Origin: Alphaproteobacteria bacterium
GTDB taxonomy: Bacteria > Pseudomonadota > Alphaproteobacteria > MPNO01
Assembly (NCBI GenBank): GCA_965248835.1
Contig: CBDFLJ010000002.1
Location: 2,336,001-2,400,000 of the forward strand
Direction of reading: 5' to 3'
Length of the DNA: 64,000 bases
Made by a program: the position numbers and the translations under genes. This document shows positions 39,321-49,899 of the stretch, piece after piece; positions within the stretch are counted from its first letter, which is position 1, and every line of letters starts with the position of its first letter. Below the pieces are notes generated by a model. That model saw only the letters and a program-made list of their open reading frames with translations. It did not search any database and was not told where the DNA came from.

Positions 39321-40181
39321 TCAGACGGGTGGCACCACCTCCAGCGTCAGTCGGTCGAGCGGGCTCTCCGTCCGCCCGATGAGGCGGTTCGAGACCCGCG
39401 TGTAGCGCGCCGTGCTCGACAGGTTGGCGTGCCCCAGCAGGACCTGGATAATGCGGATGTCGGTGCCGCTCTCCAGCAGGTGCGTCGCGAAGCTGTGGCG
39501 CAGCGTGTGCACCGTGACCCGCTTGGCCAGGCCGGCCGCGGCACGGGCCGATCGGCAAGCGGCATGTAACACCTGGACGTCGATCGGCTTGGTCTCGTCC
39601 CGGCCGGGAAACAGCCAATGCTCGGGCCGGGCGAGACGCCAGTAGGTGCGCAGGATGCCGAGCAACTGCGCCGACAACATCACGGTGCGATCCTTGCCGC
39701 CCTTGCCGTGCTCGACCCGGATGACCATCCGGCCGCTGTCGATATCGGCCACCCTGAGCCTCACCACCTCGGACGCGCGCAGCCCGGCGGCATAAGCCGT
39801 CGTCAGCGCGGCACGGGCCTTCAAGCTCGGCACCGCCTCCAGAAACCGCACGACTTCGTCGGCATTCAGCACCACCGGCAGCTTGCGCGGCGCGCGCGCG
39901 TAGGGGATGCGCTCGGGGATCTCGCCGTGGTCGAGCGTGACGCCATAGAAGAACCGTAAGGCGCAGACCGTCTGGTTCAGCGCCGGCCACGAGATGCCGA
40001 TCGAGACCAGGTGGACCTGGAAGGCACGCACGTCCTCCAGACCCAGCCGATCCGGCGAGCGGCCGAAATACCGGCTGAACTTCGCGACCGCGTGCAGGTA
40101 GGATCGTTGCGTCGCCGGCGACAGATTGCGGACCGTCATGTCCTCGGTCATGCGCCGGCGTAGAGGGCTCATCTCGGCCAT
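39321..40181 (-). CDS. Tyrosine recombinase with SAM-like N-terminal domain
   Basis: AGLRASE, GKGGKDR, HTLRHSFATHLLE, LLGH...TARY. Confidence 0.95.
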   Translation of the reverse strand: MAEMSPLRRRMTEDMTVRNLSPATQRSYLHAVAKFSRYFGRSPDRLGLEDVRAFQVHLVSIGISWPALNQTVCALRFFYGVTLDHGEIPERIPYARAPRKLPVVLNADEVVRFLEAVPSLKARAALTTAYAAGLRASEVVRLRVADIDSGRMVIRVEHGKGGKDRTVMLSAQLLGILRTYWRLARPEHWLFPGRDETKPIDVQVLHAACRSARAAAGLAKRVTVHTLRHSFATHLLESGTDIRIIQVLLGHANLSSTARYTRVSNRLIGRTESPLDRLTLEVVPPV

Positions 40182-40411
40182 CGGGGGGCTCCTGTCTGGA
40201 AGGTCGGGCTTCAACAACCGCAATCCTCTCAGACCGGAGACCTTCCCCCTATCCGCCCACTCCTGTCCCGCGACAGCGGGTTCGTTCAATCCCGCACGAT
40301 TCTATATGACCGAAAATTGCTCAGATCTGTGGTCCAGCCACAATAGGTCCGGTTGGCACTGCCAATTATGTAGACGAAGTAGGACATGGCCGACATTCGC
40401 CGAGGTTAGCT

Positions 40412-40467
40412 CGAAATTTGAACCCGCGACCTTCAGGTTTTGAGCCTGACGATGGGCTACAGGCTCC
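40412..40467 (-). pseudogene. Degenerate initiator tRNA-Met fragment
   Basis: Minus strand TCGTCAGGCTCAAAACCTGAAGGTCGCGGGTTCAAAT matches the anticodon and T arms of tRNA-fMet; anticodon mutated, acceptor stem lost. Confidence 0.7.
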
Positions 40468-40488
40468 GATAGCGTCCCATCAACCAGG

Positions 40489-41889
40489 CTAGATTTGAGG
40501 CCGTCGTTCGAGCGTCGAGTGCGCGGCCTGGTACGCGTGGGCCGCCCGCAGCACAAGTTCGTCACCATGGATTGGTCCGACGATTTGCAGCCCGACCGGC
40601 AATCCTTGTTCGGTGAACCCGCAGGGCACTGTGATCGCGGGCTGTCCCGTCAAATTGAACGGATAGGTGAACGGCGACCACTGCAGCCAGTCCTCGGGAT
40701 CGTATCCGTCGGGCGAAAGCTGCCCCGCCGGGAACGCCGGAACCGCCAAGGTGGGCGTGAGCAGAATATCGAAACGTTCGTGAAACAGCCGGTTGGCCCG
40801 GCCGAGGGCGACGCGTTGGTCGACTGCCAGCTGAAACGCCGCCAGATCGGTCTCGCGCGCGGTTTCGAGGACGCGGGAAAGGCCGGGATCGAGCAGCGAA
40901 ATCTGATCCGGCCGCAGATCCCGCAACGCGTGCAAATTTCCGGCAAAGAAGTGCGTGCGGAAGCACTCGGTTGGGTCGGCGAACGGCGCGGCGACTTCCT
41001 CGACATGCGCCCCCAATTGTTCGAACGCGTGTGTCGCGGTCATGAACAGCCCCGCCACTTCCGGGTCGACCTCGGCGTAGCCGAGGGTTGGACTGAACGC
41101 GACGGACATCCCGCTGATACCGGCCTCGATCGAATCTGAATAACTGGTGTCCCGCCCTGGCAGGCAAAGCCAATCCCGGGCGTCGGGCGCGGATATGACG
41201 TCGAGGAGCAGCACGGAATCGCGAACGGTCCGGCAGATGGGACCAACATGGCTCAGGGTTCCGACGGCGCTCGGCGGATAGACCGGCACGCGACCGACCG
41301 TTGCCTTCATCGCGACGAGTCCGGTGAAGGCGCCCGGTATTCGGACCGAACCGCCGGCGTCAGTGCCGATCGCAGCGTGTCCAATGCCGGCCGCGAGCGC
41401 TGCCGCGGAACCACCGCTCGAACCTCCGGGGGTCATCCTGGTGTCCCAGGGATTACGTGTGATGCCGGACAGTGGCGAATCCGTCACGCCCTTCCAACCG
41501 AATTCCGGCGTGGTCGTCTTGCCAAGGATAACGGCGCCCTGCTCGCGGGCCCGTGCCACCGCCGGCGAATCTTCCGACCAATCCTGATCCGGGTCAACAG
41601 TTTTCGAGCCCCTGAGCGTTGGCCACCCCTTGGCCAGGACTTGGTCCTTAACGGTGATTGGAATGCCATCCAACGGTCCCAGCGGACTGCTCTCGCGCCA
41701 ACGCGCTTCGGCTTCGCGCGCCGCCGCGACCGCCTCCCCGGGCGCAAAATGACAGAACGCGTTGAGCTCCGGTTCCAGCCGGTCGACTCTATCAAGCGCG
41801 ATTTCGGTAACCTCGACGGGAGAGAGCGAGCCGCCTCGATACGCATCGATGACATCGACCACCGACAAATACGCAATATCCTCGTCCAT
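40489..41889 (-). CDS. Amidase signature family protein
   Basis: GIPITVKD, GKTTTPEFG, GGSSGG, GTDAGGSVRIP. Confidence 0.95.
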   Translation of the reverse strand: MDEDIAYLSVVDVIDAYRGGSLSPVEVTEIALDRVDRLEPELNAFCHFAPGEAVAAAREAEARWRESSPLGPLDGIPITVKDQVLAKGWPTLRGSKTVDPDQDWSEDSPAVARAREQGAVILGKTTTPEFGWKGVTDSPLSGITRNPWDTRMTPGGSSGGSAAALAAGIGHAAIGTDAGGSVRIPGAFTGLVAMKATVGRVPVYPPSAVGTLSHVGPICRTVRDSVLLLDVISAPDARDWLCLPGRDTSYSDSIEAGISGMSVAFSPTLGYAEVDPEVAGLFMTATHAFEQLGAHVEEVAAPFADPTECFRTHFFAGNLHALRDLRPDQISLLDPGLSRVLETARETDLAAFQLAVDQRVALGRANRLFHERFDILLTPTLAVPAFPAGQLSPDGYDPEDWLQWSPFTYPFNLTGQPAITVPCGFTEQGLPVGLQIVGPIHGDELVLRAAHAYQAAHSTLERRPQI

Positions 41890-42381
41890 GTTGGTTCCCT
41901 GGAGTTGGCGATCGGAAGGCGCTACTTGTTGTCATGCCAATTGTGGAGGCTCATGGCAATCTGTCGATTGGGAGGCGAGGCGGCGCTGATAATCCCGCTC
42001 GGCGGCGCGCTGGTCAGACCCGAGCCAACGCGCTGGCCGATCGACCGACCCCAGACGATCAACACCGCGATCGGCGAGGCTTTTCGCCACAGGGGCTATG
42101 TGCTGTTGAATACCGGATACGTTGAATACCGGATACATTGTGTGCGGGTTCCAGACGCTGTGACGCCACCCGTTTCCCGCCGATTCACGGCGGTCTCGGC
42201 ATCGCCAGCAGCACCGCTACCTGGGCCGCTGTCGCTGCTCGGCCCTCTTGTGGTTGCTGTCCCGCCAAGTTTCGAGAATTGCGCCGCCGGGCGATGGACT
42301 TCATGCGGGATACTTTCTTCGACTCGTTCGTGCTAACGTTCCCGGCGTAATTCGCATTCACTGAGACGGGGAGGAAACGAC

Positions 42382-43464
42382 ATGACCATGAAGCGAGTTC
42401 GATCGGCAGTTGGCGTGGCGGCGGTTGCCGCGTTGGCCGGATTCCTGGGCCTTGCCGCCGCGCCGGGCGCGCCAGCGCAAGCGCAAAATGCGTTGAAGCT
42501 CACTTCCTACGTGCCGGTCGGCTCCGGCACCTGGAACCTTTTCCACAAGCCTTTCATCGACCACGTCCACGACCTAACCGACGGTGAGGTCAAGATCAAG
42601 GGTTACAGCGTCGGCGTGCTGGCCAGCCCGTTCGATGCCTGGAAGAAGGTCCAGCAAGGCGTCGCCGACATCTGCTTATGCTTCCCGGCCTTCGCGGCCA
42701 ACGCCGATCCGACCAACGCGATCCTGGCGGGAATCGCCGGCGGCATGAACACCGATGCGTTCCTGCACTGGATATTCTACGGCGAAGGCGGCAAGCTGTG
42801 GCGCGCGTTCCGCCGCGATAGGGGCAATTTTGCAATAGCCCCCACGGCTGTCTCGCCGACCGAGATCTTCCTCCATTCGCACCGCAAGATCTCGAGCCTC
42901 GACGACCTCAAGGGCATGAAGATCCGCACCACCGGGGCGTGGGCCGACATCCTCAAGTCTCTCGGCGCATCGCCGACGGTGTTGCCGCCGTCCGACATCT
43001 ACACTGCGCTCGAGCGCAGGGTGATCGACGCGACGGAGTTCATCACTCCGGCGACCAATTTCAAGCTCGGCTATCACAAGATAGCTAAATTCATAATCAT
43101 CCCGGGCGTCCATCAGCCGTCGTCGGCCAACGAGATCGTATTCCGAGGCAAGGACTGGGACAAGATGTCCGCCAAGCACAGGTCGCGCATCACCATGGCT
43201 GCCCAGATGTCGGCCATTGACACGTATATGCGCCTCGGCTTGCAGGATTTCGACGCCATGAAGAAGTTGCGCGCGGGGCGCAACACCTTCATCACGCTTC
43301 CCGGCGACGTCATGGCCAAGGTCACCCAACTGTCCCGCGCCTGGACGGCAGATCAAGCCAAGAAGCAGGCCGCCAAGGGCAACATGTGGACGCAGAAGAT
43401 CCAGGATTCATACTGGGCCTTCTATGACAAGTACAACAAGTACGGTGATTACCGCGTCCAGTAG
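42382..43464 (+). CDS. dctP: TRAP transporter substrate-binding protein
   Basis: Signal peptide; DLKGMKIR, IYTALERRVIDATE. Confidence 0.93.
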   Translation: MTMKRVRSAVGVAAVAALAGFLGLAAAPGAPAQAQNALKLTSYVPVGSGTWNLFHKPFIDHVHDLTDGEVKIKGYSVGVLASPFDAWKKVQQGVADICLCFPAFAANADPTNAILAGIAGGMNTDAFLHWIFYGEGGKLWRAFRRDRGNFAIAPTAVSPTEIFLHSHRKISSLDDLKGMKIRTTGAWADILKSLGASPTVLPPSDIYTALERRVIDATEFITPATNFKLGYHKIAKFIIIPGVHQPSSANEIVFRGKDWDKMSAKHRSRITMAAQMSAIDTYMRLGLQDFDAMKKLRAGRNTFITLPGDVMAKVTQLSRAWTADQAKKQAAKGNMWTQKIQDSYWAFYDKYNKYGDYRVQ

Positions 43465-43536
43465 ACACCCATCATGTGAACGCCGGCTCGGCGGAGGACG
43501 TTCGCGTCCCCTGTCGGCCGGTGACCGCAAATTGCC

Positions 43537-44070
43537 ATGACACCGCTTTTCCGCGTCGTCGACCGACTATCCACCATGTGCGGCTACGCGATGATGGTGG
43601 TTTTCATCATCCTCGTCTCGGACATGATGTACGAAGTGGTCTCACGGCGAATCTTCAACGCGCCGACGCTGTGGGCCTACGATATTGCCTACATGTCAAA
43701 CGCGGCAATATTTATGGTCGCCGCCGGATATGCACTTCTGAATAACGAGCACATCCGCATCGATTTCCTGTCGACCCGGATGCCGGCACGGTTCCAGGAT
43801 TGGACGAACGCAATCGTTTATCTATTTCTACTGTTGCCAGCGCTGTGGTATGCCGGAACTGAAGCCGTGGCGGTCGCGTGGGAAGCATTCCAAACTGGTG
43901 AACTCGAGCCGTCGAGCCCGTGGAAGCCGGTGATTTGGCCCTATTATACCGCGCTCGCCCTTGGACTCATGGTGTTCTTCCTGCAGACAATCGTGCAATG
44001 TATCCGCCACGCCCAGGCGGCACTTGGGCATGGCAAGTCGCCTCTAGACCGTGCCGGTGGAAGCGCCTAG
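43537..44070 (+). CDS. dctQ: TRAP transporter small permease
   Basis: YEVVSR, HIRID; four TM segments. Confidence 0.92.
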   Translation: MTPLFRVVDRLSTMCGYAMMVVFIILVSDMMYEVVSRRIFNAPTLWAYDIAYMSNAAIFMVAAGYALLNNEHIRIDFLSTRMPARFQDWTNAIVYLFLLLPALWYAGTEAVAVAWEAFQTGELEPSSPWKPVIWPYYTALALGLMVFFLQTIVQCIRHAQAALGHGKSPLDRAGGSA

Positions 44071-44072
44071 CC

Positions 44073-45395
44073 ATGTTCGAAGGTTCAAATGCCGTACTGA
44101 TGTTCGTCATGCTGTTCGGGCTGGTGTTCCTCGGAATCCCGGTGGCGGTCAGCTTGATTTGTACTGCATTCGCCTTCGGTCTAGCGTTATTTGGCGATGC
44201 TTTGTCGGCCCAGTTTCACAGCCGGATCGACGATGTCGGCAAGAATTTCGTCCTTGCGGCGATCCCACTGTTCATTTTCATGGGCGCGATGCTCGAGCGT
44301 TCGGGCATCGCTAATCGGCTCTTCGAGGCGGTGCGAATGTGGCTCGGACGGCTGCCCGGCGGACTGTCGCTCACCACGATTGTGATGTGCGCGATCTTCG
44401 CAGCGACCTCTGGCGTCGTCGGTGCGGTCGAGATCGTCGTCGGGCTGATGGCGGTGCCGGCAATGTTGGCGGCAGGCTACAAAAAGGATCTCGCGGCGGG
44501 CTGCGTCTGCGCCGGCGGATCGCTCGGCACGACCATCCCTCCTTCGGTTGTGATCATCATCTACGCCTCGATTACCGAGCAGTCGATCGGCGATTTGTTC
44601 GCCGGTATCATGATCCCGGCAGTGGCGATGGTGGGATTGTTCATCCTATACATTCTGGGACGCTGCATTTTGCAGCCCAGCGCCGGGCCAGGCCTGCCGC
44701 GGTCGGAGAGCACCGCGAGTCTGGCTGACAAACTATGGTTCGGGCTCACCGCGTTCATACCGGCAGTGCTCCTCGTGACCGCCGTCCTCGGCAGCATTTT
44801 CGCGGGCATCGCCTCACCGACCGAGGCTGCCGCCGTCGGATCATTCGGCGCGGTGGTGCTGACAGCGTGTTACGGACGGCTCACGTTGTCGGTTCTGTTC
44901 GGGGCGCTAAAGCGCACCATCATGATCAACACCATGGTCATGATGATCGTCGTCGGCGGGGTGATGTTTGCCAGCGTTTTCATCGTCAACGGCGGCGACG
45001 AGCTCATCGGGCAACTCGTGAAGGTGCTCGAGCTTTCGCCGATGGGTATCGTCATCCTATTCCTGGCGATTGTCTTCATCTTGGGATTCGTACTCGACTG
45101 GATCTCGGTGCTGCTGATCGCGCTGCCGATCTTCGATCCGCTGGTCCGTGCCGCCTCGATCGATCCGATCTGGTTCGGCGTGCTGGTCTGCATCGCATTG
45201 CAGACCTCGTACCTGACTCCACCGATGGCACCTTCGATCTTCTATCTCCGCGCCATCGCGCCGCCCGATATCACCTATATCGACATGTACAAGGGCGTCG
45301 CGCCCTTCGTCATGGCGCAAGTCGCGACCCTGCTTCTCGTCATGCTGGTACCCTGGACGGCGACTTTCCTACCGGACTATTTGTTCGGCTGGTAA
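44073..45395 (+). CDS. dctM: TRAP transporter large permease
   Basis: AIPLFIFMG, GSLG..IPPS, PTEAAA, LTPP. Confidence 0.95.
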   Translation: MFEGSNAVLMFVMLFGLVFLGIPVAVSLICTAFAFGLALFGDALSAQFHSRIDDVGKNFVLAAIPLFIFMGAMLERSGIANRLFEAVRMWLGRLPGGLSLTTIVMCAIFAATSGVVGAVEIVVGLMAVPAMLAAGYKKDLAAGCVCAGGSLGTTIPPSVVIIIYASITEQSIGDLFAGIMIPAVAMVGLFILYILGRCILQPSAGPGLPRSESTASLADKLWFGLTAFIPAVLLVTAVLGSIFAGIASPTEAAAVGSFGAVVLTACYGRLTLSVLFGALKRTIMINTMVMMIVVGGVMFASVFIVNGGDELIGQLVKVLELSPMGIVILFLAIVFILGFVLDWISVLLIALPIFDPLVRAASIDPIWFGVLVCIALQTSYLTPPMAPSIFYLRAIAPPDITYIDMYKGVAPFVMAQVATLLLVMLVPWTATFLPDYLFGW

Positions 45396-45424
45396 CGCGC
45401 GTTAACGGCGGCGGCCGTCGCGCT

Positions 45425-45880
45425 ATGGCGGACGAGTTCGCCGTCGCCGGTGGCATCCGAGGCGAGGCGGTGCCGCTGATCAAGTACGAGACCGCTGACA
45501 TCGAGGTGCCGGCAACGGCTTAGATCGTCATCGAGGGCGAGATCCTGATCGACGGGCTCGACTCCGAGGGACCGTTCGGCGAGTTCTCCGGCTACATGGC
45601 CGGCGGGCGTGCCGGCCCGGTGTACAAGGCGACCTGCATCACCCACCGCAACGACCAGATCCTGCTCGGCAGCATCAGCCGGTTCCCGCCGAGCGAATCA
45701 TCGTTGATCAAGCGCGCGCTGCTGGAGGCCGGCCTTAAGAAGCACTTGCGCGACAGCTTCAACATCTCCGATATCTCGCTGCCGCTGATGGCGCACCTGC
45801 GGTCCGTCGCCGAGGACTGGGACGCCTGCGGCCTGCCCCCGCTGGACGAGCTCAAGCTGCCGCGGGGGGTTAAAGCATGA
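45425..45880 (+). pseudogene. UbiD-family decarboxylase internal/C-terminal remnant
   Basis: DEFAVAGG, VPA.*IVIEGEI (in-frame TAG), EGPFGEFSGY, CITHR. Confidence 0.82.
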
Positions 45881-45889
45881 TCCATTTAG

Positions 45890-47580
45890 CCTGCATTTCC
45901 CAAGTGAACGTCGTCTCTGGACGTTCTGGGCACCGATTCTATGATCTGTATCACACGGTTAGGTCGAATGGGGGCGGCTCGGATGCGGAACCCGGAGGGT
46001 GAATCGGATCGGCAGCCTCTGCGCCCGATTTTCGACCGCCGTTTGAAGCTTGAGTTTCACGGATCGCGGGTGACCTCCGACGCCGGTCTTCTTGCCTATC
46101 GCGAACTCGACGACGCCCTCGGACTGACTGCAATGGCGGGCGAAGTTCTCGCCGACAGCCGGACCGGCAGGAACGGCTGGCACGGCATCGTCGGTCTGCT
46201 TCGCCAGTCCGTCTGTGGTCGCCTCGCCGGGTACGAGGGCGTGAATGACGCCGACCGGCTCGGGCGCGATCCTGCGATGCGCTGGATCGGCGGCGGCAAG
46301 GTCGTCGAGCGCGGCGGTGCCTCGACCAGTCAGATGGGGAGATTCGAGACCACACTGCTGGCGACCGAGGAGAACCTCGCTGCCCTGGCGGATCTGTCGG
46401 GCGTTTGGATCGATCGGGTTCATGCGCGGAAGCTGCCGAGAATGATCGTTCTCGACATGGACAGCTCCGTCAGCCCGACCCACGGCGAGCGGGAAGGCAC
46501 GTCCTATAACGGCCATTTCGGCTGCACCTGCTATCATCCCCTTGATCCGCTTCGCGGCTAAAGCGTCTTCAACCAGTTCGGCGACCTGGAGCGCTGCACC
46601 CTTCGTCCCGGCAACGTGCACAGCGCCCACGAATGGCGCGACGTGCTGGAGCCGGTTGTCGCCCGGTATCGGGATCGGAAGCTGCGGCGTTATTTCCGAG
46701 GCGATGCGGCGTTTGCATTGCCGGGGATATACGAGTTTCTCGAGGCCGAGGGCTTCAGGTATGCGATCCGGCTTCCGGCCAACAAGGTGCTCCAGGACAG
46801 CATCGCGCATATGCTCAAGCGCCCCGTCGGCCGGCCACCGAACGATGTGCGCCGGTATCACGCAAACTTCAGCTATCAGGCTGCCAGTTGGACGAAGCCC
46901 CGGCAGGTCGTCGCCAAGGTCGAGTGGCATCCGGCCGAGCTGTACCCGCGTGTCGGGCTTGATCCGCTTCGCGGCTCAAGCGTGACCAACCTGAGCCGTC
47001 CCGCCGAGCGCGTGGTCGGATTCTACAATCAGCGCGGCACGGCCGAGCAGTACATCAAGGAGGGAAAGAACGCCATCAAGTGGACACGCCTGTCGTGCCA
47101 GAAGTTCCGCAACAATGAGGTCCGGCTCCAGCTTCACGCGCTGGCCGACAACCTCGGCAACTTCATGCGAACTCTGGCATTACCCGAGGCGGTCGAGCAA
47201 TGGTCGCTGACGACGCTGCGGGAGAAGCTCATCAAGATCGGGGCGAAGATCGTCCGCCACGGCCGCTACGTCGTGTTCCAGATGGCCGAGGTCGCGATCC
47301 CGCGTGAGCTGTTCGCTGACATCCTGCGCCGTATCGACCGGCTCAGACCCAAGCCAGCTCCGGCATGAGCGACCGCACCCCGTTCCTTCGCGTCGCCGCC
47401 GACAGGATCGGTGCGCCCGGATCACCGGCAAAAAAGCCATTCCGCGCCACCAACGCCGCCAATTGGTCCTCAATCATCCGCATCGACTCGAAGACGGACG
47501 TCATTCGAAGGCCGATTGCACATCGAGCGGTTTCGAGTCACGTTCAACGGGCTAGGAAGGTTCCATATGGGGAATCCCGG
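45890..47580 (+). mobile_element. IS1380-family element; transposase 45983-47368 carries two 24-nt palindromic insertions, one with a stop
   Basis: TSDAGLL, LDMDSS, RGDAAF, YNQRGTAEQYIKEGK; ends CCTGCATTTCCCAAGTG and CATATGGGGAATCCCGG. Confidence 0.92.
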
Positions 47581-47589
47581 ATTACGCCA

Positions 47590-47924
47590 AACACGGCTAC
47601 TACCCGATCATGCACCTGTTCGCGTTCAGGCGTGCGCTGATCGAGCAACATCCCTGGCTCGCCCGCGCACTGATGGATATGTGGGAGGACGCCAAGACCC
47701 AGGCACGGGCGTTCTACGAGGATCCGGGCTATGCGAGCCTCGCATTCGCCCGCAACGACTTCGAGGACCAGGTCGCTGCCATGGGGCCGGATCCCTGGCC
47801 GTCGGGCATCGCCGCCAACCGCGCGAACCTCGAACGGTTCATCTCCTATGTCCACGACCGCCGCCTGATCGAAACCCCGGTCAACGTCGACAGCCTGTTC
47901 CACGACACGACGCGGGATAGCTGA
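47590..47924 (+). pseudogene. C-terminal remnant of a 4,5-dihydroxyphthalate decarboxylase-like protein
   Basis: PIMH, HPWLA, DPWPSGIAANR, LF; 5' part absent next to the IS1380 end. Confidence 0.65.
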
Positions 47925-48057
47925 TCGGGGCTGAACCAGGACGGGGGCTTGACAGTTATGCGCCGCTGCCGAAAAGTCCCGGCGACGGCAAGTGATCAGG
48001 CCCGCTGCCCGGCCTGTGTCACGGTGATACCCTGGCACGGAACAAGAGGACCTGAAA

Positions 48058-48633
48058 ATGAAATGGAATACAGCCCATGCGATCTCGGCAGTCTTCGCGC
48101 TCGCATTGGCGGCGGCGCTTGCCGGTCAGGCCCATGCCGCCTGCGGCAGCGGCCAGAGAATGAGCCACCAGGACGCGGAATGCCTGCGCACCGCGACACG
48201 CACGGTTGAAAACGGAAAAACCGTCGAAGTCCAGAACCTGTGCCCGTCCTTCGGGGACGTTGTCGCATGGATCGACAGAGAGATAGAGACGGACCTGACA
48301 TTGTATTTGACCGGCGAAAACACGGTAAAACGGTCCGTCATCGAGGTCAACGGGGTTTACTGCTGCAAGGATCTGAGCGATCTCTGCAACACCTCGGACA
48401 TCGTCAACGATGAGTCGTGCTTTGACCAGTTCCAGGCCAGCGCCGCGAACGATTCGTGCAAGGATGAAACCGCCACCGCCAATGACGATATTAAGTGCAA
48501 GATCAGCGCGTATTGTAAGGACTCGGGTGGGACTTATTTGCGTGTTCCGTCAACGATAACCGTGCACTGGCCCACAGTCCCAAATCTCAAAAACTGTGGG
48601 GGTAACCTCTGCGGGTCTGAGAGTGTTGACTGA
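48058..48633 (+). CDS. Secreted cysteine-rich hypothetical protein
   Basis: RBS GAGGA; signal peptide ending AHA; 12 Cys in the mature region. Confidence 0.8.
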   Translation: MKWNTAHAISAVFALALAAALAGQAHAACGSGQRMSHQDAECLRTATRTVENGKTVEVQNLCPSFGDVVAWIDREIETDLTLYLTGENTVKRSVIEVNGVYCCKDLSDLCNTSDIVNDESCFDQFQASAANDSCKDETATANDDIKCKISAYCKDSGGTYLRVPSTITVHWPTVPNLKNCGGNLCGSESVD

Positions 48634-48900
48634 CCCGGAGTTCCGCGGCGGCCACCGGACTGATACCCCGCGGCGCCACGAACCCGACCCGATTCCGGGG
48701 AGCAAAGCGCTCGCTCAAAACAGTATGTAGCGCGTCAATCCGAGCGAAATAGCTGGCGGTGATGTCAGGCTGGGCAAACCACATCGAGCCCGCCAAGGAC
48801 ACCCGACACGGCAGATAAAGATTTAGTCTGCGAGGCACAGCTGGGGGTCGGATGTCATCCTTCCTGAAGACCTGTACAGACTGAATGGGACGTGATCAAT

Positions 48901-49533
48901 TCATAACGCGTAGACGATCACGCGGATGGGCGTCGGCTCGAAGCCGGCGGCGTTGTTGAGGGCCTCGGGACAGTTGGAGAGGACGGCCAGCACGTCGATT
49001 TCGGCGCGGAGGTCCACGTAGTCGCCGGCCTTCGATATCCCCGGGGCGATCGCCACGTCCCCGTTCGTCTCCACGGGCACGTACATGAAGAGGTTGATGT
49101 TGGCGACGACATCCTTCGGGCCAAGCCCATGCTTGGCGAGTTCGGACTCGAAATTGCCCTGGCAGCCCCGGCCATTGTTCTTGCCGAAGCGCACGTCGTC
49201 TATTTCCACGGAGCAGCAGCCGTAAAGGGTATCGTGGGAGCCGCAGGTATCTTCGATGAAAGTCATCAACTTGCGGGCCCGCACGGACCACACGCCCGAG
49301 TCCTTGCCGAGATAGATGTTGTTGTTCAGCTTGATGGTGTTGGCGGCATTGTAACGGTCCGTCGGGTCGTCGGCGTTGTAGCACAGAAAATCGACCGCTT
49401 GCTGGCCCTCGAGATCGATGATGCGCAGGATTTCCCCCTTGCGCATCCTGGTGCTCCACGGCTCGCGCGCCGGGACGATTACGTCCTCACGAATCGTTGC
49501 TCCTGGAATGGAAAGGTCTGTTTTCGCCGCCAT
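48901..49533 (-). CDS. DUF1989 urea carboxylase-associated family protein
   Basis: RIIDLEGQQAVD, DTCGSHDTLYGCC, INLFM, LSNCP..NN. Confidence 0.92.
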   Translation of the reverse strand: MAAKTDLSIPGATIREDVIVPAREPWSTRMRKGEILRIIDLEGQQAVDFLCYNADDPTDRYNAANTIKLNNNIYLGKDSGVWSVRARKLMTFIEDTCGSHDTLYGCCSVEIDDVRFGKNNGRGCQGNFESELAKHGLGPKDVVANINLFMYVPVETNGDVAIAPGISKAGDYVDLRAEIDVLAVLSNCPEALNNAAGFEPTPIRVIVYAL

Positions 49534-49601
49534 TTCTCCGCCCCTGATGCGTGGTCCGATTTGAATGTTAGCTCATGCCGCACCTCGGTTTCAATGGGAG
49601 C

Positions 49602-49653
49602 CTGGTCTCCAATTACTCCGCCCCGCTGGTCTAATCTTGCTCCGCCGTTGACA
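49602..49653 (-). mobile_element. Isolated IS21-like terminal sequence
   Basis: Minus strand TGTCAACGGCGGAGCAAGATTAGACCA with an internal repeat. Confidence 0.55.
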
Positions 49654-49658
49654 CCCGT

Positions 49659-49899
49659 TTAGTCCGAAGGCGCTTCTTGCGCGGCGTCCGCCTGGATGAG
49701 CCTGTCTGTCCGCTGACCGAACTTCACCAGGCTGCCGCTCGGGTCGATCACATACAGCTCGTCCATGCCCCACGGCGTTTCGACGACCTCACCGACATCG
49801 AAGCGCTTGGCGAAATCTGCATGCAGCGCATGAATGTCGTTCACACGGACGTAGCACGAGGTGTTCTCGGCGACGTGCTTGTCCGAGCAAAGCATAAGC
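49659..49899 (-). pseudogene. Glyoxalase/bleomycin-resistance (VOC) protein, 5' end lost at an IS1380 end
   Basis: SCYVRV.DI.ALH, PWGMDELYVIDPSGSLVKFGQ. Confidence 0.75.

Larger units (their letters stand above)
37847..40292 (-). mobile_element. Tyrosine recombinase plus IS91-like transposase element bounded by 17-bp inverted repeats
   Basis: GGATTGAACGAAGCCGC (37847-37863) versus the reverse complement of 40276-40292, one mismatch. Confidence 0.75.
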
